DNA of 64,000 nucleotides, taken from NCBI GenBank assembly GCA_965368975.1, contig CBDUPA010000013.1, forward strand, positions 32,001 to 96,000. The letters are read 5' to 3'. Both the position numbers and the translations under genes were made by a program. The stretch is from an uncultured bacterium (lineage in GTDB: Bacteria; Acidobacteriota; Thermoanaerobaculia; Multivoradales; JAHZIX01). This document shows, one piece after another, positions 53,574-62,284 of this stretch (position 1 is its first letter; each line of letters opens with the position of its first letter). The notes below the pieces were generated by a model, which was not told where the DNA came from, did not search any database, and saw only the letters and a list, made by a program, of their open reading frames with translations.

Positions 53574-55843
53574 TCGCTTACCATCACTTTCACGTTGTCA
53601 TAGTAAATGTCTACCGGCGCGTAGCCGTAGAGGCCGGGGCTGCCAGTCTCGATTGGCAGCGTGTCTTCCACCACCAGAGTCCAGTCGCCCGGCTCGGCCT
53701 CGTCTCGCGGCCACACTTTACCGCGGATGATCGCCTTGCCTTCCGCCTGGTCGACGCGCAGTTTCATGGTGTACCAGCGGTCCATGTCCCAGGCATAGTC
53801 GATCCGCTGCATCATCCGTAGCTCAGCCGCCCAGGAGCGAACTTCCAGGCGCTGGTGATTGCCCTGCAAGTCGAGGGTGTAGCCGCCATTGATGACACCC
53901 GCGTCAGGCCTGCGGCGGCCTTCCTGGGTGCCTTTGAAGTCGACCTGGACGGTATAGCCGGACATGTCGGTGGGACCGAGGAAAGGGGTCGAGCGCGGTA
54001 CGCCCCGCGGCGCGCGCGGCATGTGCAAGACCTTGCCGGTCACCGCCGGATCCTCGATCTCGGCAACCGCAGCGCGGCCGGCGATACCGATCCAGATCTC
54101 AGGGACCGAGCCAACCTCGAGAGCTTCGAAGTCTTCCTCGATCGGCAGCGGACCGAAGACGCGCAGCCACGACTTGGCCGCCCGCTCCCCGACCTTGGCG
54201 ACGACTTGGCCGGTCTGGCCCGCGGTCGCGGCGTCGGTGCTGAACGTGCCGTCGCCATCGACGGCACCTTGCAGACTCTCCAGCGTCCAGGTGACATCGT
54301 CGACCGGTCCCAAGTAGTTGCCGTGCGCGTCATAGCCACGCACTTCGAAGTCCTGCGACTCCCCGGAGCGCAGCAGCTGTACCGCCGGCACCACCTGCAG
54401 TTGCGCCAGGGTTCCTTCGCCGCCAGTCGGTTTACCAGTCGGGTTGGCAGTAGCCTGCGCGGCGGGCGTGGCGGCCTGCATCAGCTGCGGGAACGGCTGG
54501 CTCTTGTCACCCAGCGCATAGATGCCTTCTTCCGTCGTGAAGTAGATGCGGCCGTAGGCGATCGCCGCCGAACCGTAGATCTCAGCGTAGCGGCCGTCGG
54601 GCATCTCGATATGTACCTCGTGCACCACCGTTCCCTCGGCAGCTTCCCCGCCCTCCGTGGGCGGCTCGACGATCAGCACGTTGCCGTTGACCTCATTGAT
54701 GTAGATGCGGCCGTCGGCCCACACCGGTGAAGCCTTGCCGACATTGCCGTAGTTGACTTCCCACAACGGCTTGCCGCTGGACGCTTCGAGGGCGTGCAGG
54801 TTGGCCGAATTGTCGGCCACGTAGAGGCGGCCCTCGTGCAACAATGGCGTCGGGAAGCCCGAGGAGATATCGCTACGCCAGCGCTCGTGTGTCTTGGTCA
54901 CGTCGCCGCTGCCGGTAGCGTCGATCGCCACCACGCGGCCCATCACCGCCGAGTCGATGTTTTCTTCGCTGTGCGCGGCGTAGACGGTAGCACCGTCCGC
55001 CACGACCGAGGCGTTGATACCGCGCTGGCTGAGGTGGAACTGCCACACCAGCTTACCGGTCCGTGACTGCAGCGCGTAGATCCAGCCATCGGCACCGCCG
55101 CCGACCACCAGCCGCTGACCGTCGACCTCGGTGATCACCGGAATACTCTGGGTGTTGAAGTCGGCGACGCCGGTACCAACGGTGGTGAACCACAGCACCT
55201 CACCGGTGCGCTTGTCGAAGGCGTAAAAGCGGTGCCGCGGGCCAGCTTCTTTGCCCCACATCTTGCCGATCAGACTGATGATCATGCGGTCTTCGTCGAG
55301 GATCGGCGTGTGCGTGCGGCCGCCATAGCCCGAGAAGCGCCCCAGTTCCTCGAAGGTGCGGCGCGTCCAGACGATCTCGCCGTCGCGATCGAAGCACACG
55401 AGCTGGCCATCGACGTTGGTGACGTAGAGGTAGCCGGTCTCGGGATCCCCCGCCACACTCCCCCAGCCAACCCGGTTGAAAGGCACCGTCGTGTTGTACA
55501 CGTTGAACGTGCGCTGCCACAGTAGCTCACCGCTCTCGGCGTTCCAGCACGCCACGATCTCTTGCTTGGTGGCGCCGTCACCCGTACGGCCGTTGGCGCA
55601 CGCGCGACCGTCGAAGACCGCCGGCGTCGAACGGCCGGTGAAGTCATGACGCCAGATTAGATGCTCGCCGTCCAGGGACCACGACGTGATCAGGTCGCTG
55701 GCCGTCGACACACCGGTCTGCTGCGGTCCGCGCCAGCCGGCCCACTCTTCCACCGCGGTCGCGGGTCCGGCCATCGCTACCGCCGCCAGGATGGCGATCG
55801 AGGCGGCGACGAGAGCCACCGCATACTTCAAATTTTTGCGCAT
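53570..55843 (-). CDS. Large secreted PQQ-like beta-propeller with C-terminal Ig-like and lectin/LamG-like domains
   Basis: GGAGG RBS, signal peptide, WAGWRGP, propeller blades, linker, then a beta-sandwich ending WYTMKLRV...GKVWP...YYDNVKV. Confidence 0.82.
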   Translation of the reverse strand: MRKNLKYAVALVAASIAILAAVAMAGPATAVEEWAGWRGPQQTGVSTASDLITSWSLDGEHLIWRHDFTGRSTPAVFDGRACANGRTGDGATKQEIVACWNAESGELLWQRTFNVYNTTVPFNRVGWGSVAGDPETGYLYVTNVDGQLVCFDRDGEIVWTRRTFEELGRFSGYGGRTHTPILDEDRMIISLIGKMWGKEAGPRHRFYAFDKRTGEVLWFTTVGTGVADFNTQSIPVITEVDGQRLVVGGGADGWIYALQSRTGKLVWQFHLSQRGINASVVADGATVYAAHSEENIDSAVMGRVVAIDATGSGDVTKTHERWRSDISSGFPTPLLHEGRLYVADNSANLHALEASSGKPLWEVNYGNVGKASPVWADGRIYINEVNGNVLIVEPPTEGGEAAEGTVVHEVHIEMPDGRYAEIYGSAAIAYGRIYFTTEEGIYALGDKSQPFPQLMQAATPAAQATANPTGKPTGGEGTLAQLQVVPAVQLLRSGESQDFEVRGYDAHGNYLGPVDDVTWTLESLQGAVDGDGTFSTDAATAGQTGQVVAKVGERAAKSWLRVFGPLPIEEDFEALEVGSVPEIWIGIAGRAAVAEIEDPAVTGKVLHMPRAPRGVPRSTPFLGPTDMSGYTVQVDFKGTQEGRRRPDAGVINGGYTLDLQGNHQRLEVRSWAAELRMMQRIDYAWDMDRWYTMKLRVDQAEGKAIIRGKVWPRDEAEPGDWTLVVEDTLPIETGSPGLYGYAPVDIYYDNVKVMVSE

Positions 55844-56019
55844 TGTCGGGATCCTCCGTACGGCCCGGAGCAAACCCACCGGCAGCCGGCTTCAGGCCGG
55901 TGCCGCGAGATTCATCAGCGAGTATCGATAGGGAACGGAAGTGGGAGAGGTGGGAATGTGGGCCGGTCATCCATAGACACGTTGATCCTACTATGGATGT
56001 CGGAGACTGGGCAAGAGGG

Positions 56020-57501
56020 CTACCCTGCCAGCAGCTCACCACCGATCCACGCTTGAACCAAAGGCACTTCTTCGGACGCCAACTCCAGCTGTGCACGCTC
56101 GCACAGGGTGAAGACATTGAGCAGGAAGGTCCGCGCCAACTTCTCTGGTCGCTCCGCTCCGCCACCGTCTTCGGCCGCCCGGCCCAGCGGATGGCCAGCA
56201 AAGTTGATGCCCCGCAGCACAAAGTTCACGTCCGCACGCCCCACCGGAAACCCCCTCTGGTTGCAGGAATCGCGCACGGCCTTGGAGGTATGGGTCAAGT
56301 GGTAGTTCTTGTCGTTGACTTCCCTGGCGATCTCGTCGAACAGGACATCGAACGTCGCGGGCGGCAAGTACGGTACCTCCGTGAGGTCGTGCACCTTACG
56401 AGCGACTGCAGCCAGTTCCGGAGCCTGCTCGGCCCAGTCGAGGATCTCGCGCGCCGGGGTTTCAGCCACAGTGTGGCGCTCAGGGTCATAGACCAGGCCG
56501 GGCATGACGTCCGAGATGCGCAGCGAGCCGAGGTCGAGGCGCTCCAGGAAGGCTTTGAACGAACCCGCCCCCTGCCAGCCGCCAGCGCGCACGGGGTCAC
56601 CGAAGTGTTGACTCAGGCGGTGCGCCAACATGGCCAGATGCACCGGGTCGTCCGCCTCCAGGACCTGCGCGGTCACGAAGCGGGCAACCTCGTCCAGTTG
56701 CGGCACGCTCTTGCCAGCCCCGTTTCGCACAGCCGCATCCAACTCGACCCGCCAAGCCTGTGCATCGGTGCCACTCTCGACCAAGCGGACACCGGTCCCG
56801 GCCGTCAACAGCGCCTCCGTCATTGGCCGCAAGCCACCGAAACCAAGCCAATCCTGGCTGCGCCGGAACTCCTCGAAGCGTTTATAGAAAGAGGGCAACT
56901 CGGCTGCCTGCAGGCCGCCCGTGAGCCCCACCTGCGCCTCCAGTTCTCGCGCGATGCGGGGTAGCACTTCGTTCACCGCTTCGCTGGTTTCCAAGTCCAC
57001 ATCGAGCGACAGGCCACGCTGCAGGAAAGCGTCGTTGTCCAGCACCGTGTCGGCAGCCGCCTTGTAGGCCGTCGAAGCCGGGCCGACAGCCAGCACCGTG
57101 GTACGCCGATCGTGCTTGCGCAGACGCAGCAGCACAGGGGTGAAGTCGGCGTCACCCGAGAATAGAATGAACTCGTCGAAGTGCGTCTGGTGGTGCAGCA
57201 GGGCCATGATGTCCAGGGCCATCAGCATATCTGTGCTGGTCTTGCCCTGGGCCGTCAGGGACGGACAATCCACCACTTCGAAGGCGGAACGGATCAGGTA
57301 GGGCCTGAAACGCTGGAAAGGACGGGGGTTCATGTAGCAACGGCGCACCAAGATGCGCCGCTCGGGCCCGCCGCTGCGCTCCAAGAACTGTAGCCACAGC
57401 TCCGGCTTGGTGGCGAAGCGTTCCGCCGCTTCCGGCTGCTCGCGGTCAAGGCCGATATAGACGTTGTCGAAGTCGATGAAGAGTGCGCTACGTAAAGCCA
57501 A
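56020..57501 (-). CDS. NYN-domain (LabA/DUF88, PIN-like) protein with probable LOTUS/OST-HTH repeats
   Basis: LFIDFDNV, GKTSTD..MALD, FSGDADFTPVL..LR; W.G.G.F/L helical repeats; GGAGG 8 nt before TTG 57501. Confidence 0.85.
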   Translation of the reverse strand: MALRSALFIDFDNVYIGLDREQPEAAERFATKPELWLQFLERSGGPERRILVRRCYMNPRPFQRFRPYLIRSAFEVVDCPSLTAQGKTSTDMLMALDIMALLHHQTHFDEFILFSGDADFTPVLLRLRKHDRRTTVLAVGPASTAYKAAADTVLDNDAFLQRGLSLDVDLETSEAVNEVLPRIARELEAQVGLTGGLQAAELPSFYKRFEEFRRSQDWLGFGGLRPMTEALLTAGTGVRLVESGTDAQAWRVELDAAVRNGAGKSVPQLDEVARFVTAQVLEADDPVHLAMLAHRLSQHFGDPVRAGGWQGAGSFKAFLERLDLGSLRISDVMPGLVYDPERHTVAETPAREILDWAEQAPELAAVARKVHDLTEVPYLPPATFDVLFDEIAREVNDKNYHLTHTSKAVRDSCNQRGFPVGRADVNFVLRGINFAGHPLGRAAEDGGGAERPEKLARTFLLNVFTLCERAQLELASEEVPLVQAWIGGELLAG

Positions 57502-57910
57502 GGTGCATGCCTCCGGCAAGGTTAAAAGTCTCTGGCCTAGAACGCGGCAAGGGCACGTCGGCGAGACCATGGGCGCATGTCGTCGCCATTTTCTTCGCCT
57601 TCCAGAGGTCGCGGACGCAACCTTGGGCAAGCTAGAAAGTAGCGGTAGCAGGGCGGGAGAAACGCCCCGGCGAGCTAGGCAAACGCACCCGGATGCGCTA
57701 AGATCCAGCTCATTGTTGCCGGTGCTCTGTACCCACGCGGTGCCCGCCGCACTTGCCGGCAGTTACATTTACTTAGCTCAGATCTTTCGAGATCTACATC
57801 TCTCTAGGAAGGGTGGACGCGATTCCTCCCATCCCTGCCAGGTTCATCGATTCGGCCTCGCTTCGTTGCGTGCCCAAGCCGGCCACGCTGCTCTAGCTCT
57901 ATACAGTCTG

Positions 57911-57960
57911 GGAACTTACCTATCCGGAACTTACCGTCCTGGCACTTACCGTGGCGGAAT
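57911..57960. repeat. 15-bp tandem repeat (GG[AC]ACTTACC core x3), intergenic
   Basis: ggaacttacctatcc, ggaacttaccgtcct, ggcacttaccgtggc, ggaat. Confidence 0.8.
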
Positions 57961-58041
57961 CTGCAGCTAGCAATCTGCACTCCAGATCCTCGACGCACAT
58001 CGGGCCGCTATGCTCTCTCTTGACCTCATGGAGTCGAAGCC

Positions 58042-61000
58042 TTGAGAACTACCATCGACAAGACCAAAACTCGCATCGTGCACCAGCTGCGCCGCCTTGC
58101 CGGGCGCTTCCGGCCGCCACTGCGCAATCATGCTCGCCTGTCGGATGAAGAGCTCGACTTGCTCGCGCGCCACCTCTCGGGCCTGCACGAGATCGATCCG
58201 GCGCTACCCTGGCGATTGCTCTGTTACCTGGTCGACGGTAGTCAGACCGAAATGCTGCAATTGCTGCGCGAGAACTCGACGCGTGCCGCACGCCGGCTCG
58301 ACGTGCAAGTTGTGCACCCGGGACGCAACGAGGGCAAGACGCCGCGCGAGCGCTTTTTCCAGCAGCAGCGGATCGACGACCCCGCCTTCTTCCTGCGCAT
58401 GGCCGCGGTCTATCAGGCCGCCGCAGGCGACACACCGCCGCACCGTCGCTTGCAGTGGCTGACGGAATCAACCCCCGCCTGGTACGAGACCTTCGTGTGG
58501 CAAACGGTCGGCTTCGAGCCGGCGCCCGACGAGTTGGTTCCGGGCGTCAGCGCTACGGTGCTGGCGCGCATGCTGGAAACCGATGGCTGCGGTACCGACG
58601 TGATCGCACGCATGGCGTTCGAACTCCCGCCGGAGAACGTCGAGTTCAGCGCTCAGGACCGTGCCGCCGTGCGCACCTTCGGCCGCCTGCCACAGATCGG
58701 GGCGGTGATCAACCGTCACCCCGAGGTCGTGCGCCAGGCCCTCGAAGAAGGTGACGCCGAACACGTTGCCTACATCCTGCGCACGCTCGAAGGCGCGAAT
58801 GCAGATCCGAAGCCGTTCAGCGACCTGCTCGCCCATGTGGCCGTATCGGATGCCGCCGAACGGGTACGGACGACCGCAGAGCTGCTGCTGCGCCGGGCCG
58901 GCACACGCGCGCTCGAGCCGGTACGCGAACTGTGCTCGAGCACCGACTCTGCACGCCGACGCCGGGCCGTCGAGCTGCTCGTCCGCCTCGACGGCAACGC
59001 CAGTAGCTTCCTCCAGGATCGGGTGCAGGACGAGACCGACGGTGACGTGCGCGAGGTGATCGAGGACGTGCTGCACACACCCAACCGCCTCGACGACGGT
59101 GGTCTGCGCGACATGCTCTCGCCACTGCCACCCGTGCAGCTGGAAGGATCTCTGCCCGAATCCGTGCGTGCCGATCTCTTTGCCCTGTGCGACGCCTGGC
59201 GTGAGCGCCAGCAGACTGAACCCGAGCCGCGCTGGGGCCGGGGGCGACCGGCAGCTCCCGCCTTGCCGCAGCCACGCGTCATACAAGCGGCGGACCAGCT
59301 CGACAGCACCGAGATCGGCCGCCGCCCGGGCCCCTTGCTTTCCGACCTTCTGCGCGACGGTGAGTTCGTACCCAAAGTCGAGGCTTTCGTACGCCGGCCC
59401 GAGCTGCAACCGCTGCACTTGGTGCGCCTGCTGTGTCTGTTCGACGACCTGGAAGTAGATCCCGAAGAAGGCATCCTGCGCTCGCGGTTGTTGCCCGACG
59501 TACTGGAACGCATCCACAAGCGCGACCGCGCTTTCGGCTTGCGCCAGGCCGCGGGGCTGCTGGAAGCCGTGGGTCTGGACGCCGATGCGCTCGGGCGGAC
59601 CGAGCTGAGCGACCCGGAGTACTTACCCACATGGCCCGACGACGCCCGCTGGCCCTACTTCGCCGAGCACCTCGAGGTACTGATGGAAGGCCTGCGCCCG
59701 TTGTCGGGCGAAGGCCGGACCGAAACCCTGCAGGCCCGGCGGCTGCATGCGCTCGAGCTCCTGCAGACGCTCCCCCACCTGCCACCCGTCTTCCAGCAAC
59801 TGTGTTGGCAGCTCGCTCTCGAGAGCGATTCCGAAGAGGAGCGGACGGTGGCAGAGCGCTGCCTCACCGCACAGCCGATCCAGCTGATCGTGTCCCTGCA
59901 CGACGCTGACCCGCAGGTGCGCAGCCAGGCGGCGCGCTGGCTGGCCGACTTGCAGGTGCGCGAAGCACGGCCGGCGCTCGAAGAGGCCCTGCGCGGTGAG
60001 CTAGATGTCGAGGTGGCACTGCAGTTGGAACGAGCGCTCGTCTCCCTGGCTCCGGAAGCAGCTGCGGATCTCACCCCTGCTGCCGCCGACCTGCTGGTTG
60101 GCGATCGCTCGCCGCTCAACGACCGACAGCAGCAGCTGGCCGACAGCCTCTACGAGGCCCTGTGCATGCAGACCGAGTGGCCGCTGGAGACCTGGTACCG
60201 CGACTGGGGCCGGAATCCGATCGCAGCGCCTGTCTGCCGGCGCTTGGTATGGGGAGCTCACGACAGCGGCGGCAACCTGCGTGCGACCTTCCGTCCGCTC
60301 GCCGATGGCTCGCTGGTCGATGCCACCGGTGAGGCGGTCTCGATCGAAGGCATGACCAGTATCCGCCTCAGCCACGAATGCACTGTGAACACAGAAGTCA
60401 GCGACGCCTGGCTGGGCCATTTCGAAGAACATGGAGTCGAACCACCGTTCGCGCAGTTCGGCCGGGGTGTCTTCCACCTGCCCGACGATCGGCAGCAAGA
60501 GCAGCTGCTGCACGAGTTCGAGGGCAACATCGTGCAGGCTGGAACGCTCGAACGCCTGACGCGACGCCTCGGCTACCACTTGACCACCAACGGTGCCGGC
60601 TCGGAACAAGGACGAAGCTACGTCAAGCCTCTCACGGACCTGCGCCTCAACCTGCTTCTGGAGGTTGCCGGCGAAGCAGAAGCCGCGGACAGCCCGATGG
60701 CGCTGCGCTACCTGGTCTTCTTCAGCGATGGTGGCACTGGTCGCAGCACACCCTTGCGTCTGCGGCAGGTACCGCCGGTCTTGCTGGCCGAAGCTTGGCA
60801 GCACCTTCGGACGCTGGCCAACGCCGGCGAGGGCTACGATCACTCGTGGCGTATGCGCACGGGCCTCGGCGAGAACGATGACGAAGCGTTTGCGGACGGC
60901 GAGATCGGCGCGAGTGACGGCACCGCTGACGACGAAGCCAGGGCTGCACAAGCGCACCTCGAGGACTCCGACGACGTGACGGAGACGGCAGCCCCCTCCG

Positions 61001-61050
61001 CCGCGCCACAAGCCACGACAGAGGCCTCCGCACCGTCGCCGTCGATCTAG
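58042..61050 (+). CDS. HEAT-repeat / DUF4132-like protein
   Basis: HEAT-like repeats (VRSQAARWLADL); C-terminal LYEALC.Q..W...W....NPI....RRLVW...FRPLADG...AW..HF....PPFAQF.R pattern; TTG start after GGAG. Confidence 0.75.
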   Translation: MRTTIDKTKTRIVHQLRRLAGRFRPPLRNHARLSDEELDLLARHLSGLHEIDPALPWRLLCYLVDGSQTEMLQLLRENSTRAARRLDVQVVHPGRNEGKTPRERFFQQQRIDDPAFFLRMAAVYQAAAGDTPPHRRLQWLTESTPAWYETFVWQTVGFEPAPDELVPGVSATVLARMLETDGCGTDVIARMAFELPPENVEFSAQDRAAVRTFGRLPQIGAVINRHPEVVRQALEEGDAEHVAYILRTLEGANADPKPFSDLLAHVAVSDAAERVRTTAELLLRRAGTRALEPVRELCSSTDSARRRRAVELLVRLDGNASSFLQDRVQDETDGDVREVIEDVLHTPNRLDDGGLRDMLSPLPPVQLEGSLPESVRADLFALCDAWRERQQTEPEPRWGRGRPAAPALPQPRVIQAADQLDSTEIGRRPGPLLSDLLRDGEFVPKVEAFVRRPELQPLHLVRLLCLFDDLEVDPEEGILRSRLLPDVLERIHKRDRAFGLRQAAGLLEAVGLDADALGRTELSDPEYLPTWPDDARWPYFAEHLEVLMEGLRPLSGEGRTETLQARRLHALELLQTLPHLPPVFQQLCWQLALESDSEEERTVAERCLTAQPIQLIVSLHDADPQVRSQAARWLADLQVREARPALEEALRGELDVEVALQLERALVSLAPEAAADLTPAAADLLVGDRSPLNDRQQQLADSLYEALCMQTEWPLETWYRDWGRNPIAAPVCRRLVWGAHDSGGNLRATFRPLADGSLVDATGEAVSIEGMTSIRLSHECTVNTEVSDAWLGHFEEHGVEPPFAQFGRGVFHLPDDRQQEQLLHEFEGNIVQAGTLERLTRRLGYHLTTNGAGSEQGRSYVKPLTDLRLNLLLEVAGEAEAADSPMALRYLVFFSDGGTGRSTPLRLRQVPPVLLAEAWQHLRTLANAGEGYDHSWRMRTGLGENDDEAFADGEIGASDGTADDEARAAQAHLEDSDDVTETAAPSAAPQATTEASAPSPSI

Positions 61051-61078
61051 CTGAGCGTCCGCTGGCTGAACCCCAGAC

Positions 61079-62260
61079 TCACGTCGCACCTTCCTCGTGC
61101 GACTTCCGCCATTGAACCCGGCTGCTCACCGCCTGCAGGTGGTGAGCCAGCCGCTCAGCCCCCTCCGGTGCCGCTAGCTCCCGCAGCCCGCAACGACTGA
61201 GCGCGAGCACCATCAGCGAGCGACGGCGCAAGCTCCGCTCGGCACGCCCCCAGACCTGCGCGTCGACCTGCTCCACGGTCCGAGCCGCCACTCGCAGCTC
61301 GCGCTGCAGCTGCACGAACGCGTCGTCCGACAGAGCTGGCTCTCCCCTGTACAGGTGTAGCCGGCCCTGGTCACGCAATCCACCGCACTCTTCGGTTTCA
61401 AGACCAATGCAGCGCAGAAACCAGTCGGCCCGGAAGCGCCCGACGGCAGCGGCGATACCGGCATAGTCGGCCAGCAGCTCGTCGAGCGCGTGATTCTTCA
61501 TCGAGCCGAGCAAGCGCCGCGTCAGGTAGTGAGCGCATTCGTGCTCACGCCGGATCACCAGGGACTTCGCCTTCCAGTCGTCCGGGTCGAGTCCCAAGTC
61601 GCCCGCCGGCACGGCGCCGTACGGCCCGTCACTCAGCAGGATGAAGCGATCCTGGTAGAGATCCCTGTCTGCCTTGATGCGCGCGAACTCCTCGTTCCAA
61701 CTGTCGGTCTCTCGTGCCTCCGGCACTGTCTGCTCCCAGGCTTCACGCAACGCGCGCAGGCGCGCCCAATTGTTGAAGCCAGCCACCATCTGCGCCCCCT
61801 GAGCGTCCGCCACCGGCACAGGCTCGCCGCGACGGCACAGGGCCCGCAACAACGCCACGAATTCCGGGCGTCGACGCACGATGAGCAGCGGGATGTGACC
61901 CGCGGCCGTGCCGTGCAGGCGTAGCTCCAACGCCTCTGGCTGCTCCAGGTGGAGACCCGTCGCGGTCTCCAAATCGGCCGGGTCGCGTCCCGCCAGCGTC
62001 GCGGCCCGGTAGTCCGGTTCACGGCTGATGCCTTCGCGGATCGGGAAACTCAGCTGAGGCAAGGATCGGGCCAGAACGTCGAACGCCAACATCCCCGAGG
62101 CACCGCTGACGAGCTTGGTCCAAGACCTCCAACAAGCAACAAAGGGTTCATCGTCCATCGGCAGCAGAACGCTCGAGCGCAGGGGCTCAGGATCGAAGTC
62201 ACGGCGGTAGTAGGCGGCCAGCTCCGAGGCCGCCGCATCAGGTTGCATGTTCCCGGGCAT
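61079..62260 (-). CDS. Hypothetical protein with HExxH motif
   Basis: RREHECAHY...DELLADYAGI; FILLSDGPY; good GC3 bias. Confidence 0.75.
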   Translation of the reverse strand: MPGNMQPDAAASELAAYYRRDFDPEPLRSSVLLPMDDEPFVACWRSWTKLVSGASGMLAFDVLARSLPQLSFPIREGISREPDYRAATLAGRDPADLETATGLHLEQPEALELRLHGTAAGHIPLLIVRRRPEFVALLRALCRRGEPVPVADAQGAQMVAGFNNWARLRALREAWEQTVPEARETDSWNEEFARIKADRDLYQDRFILLSDGPYGAVPAGDLGLDPDDWKAKSLVIRREHECAHYLTRRLLGSMKNHALDELLADYAGIAAAVGRFRADWFLRCIGLETEECGGLRDQGRLHLYRGEPALSDDAFVQLQRELRVAARTVEQVDAQVWGRAERSLRRRSLMVLALSRCGLRELAAPEGAERLAHHLQAVSSRVQWRKSHEEGAT

Positions 62261-62284
62261 TCGGCTAGCTTAGCACCCACAGTC

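Noticed and set aside
57911-57960. Possible mini-CRISPR
   Set aside because: The units are 15 bp and contiguous, with no 25-40-nt spacers and no cas genes.
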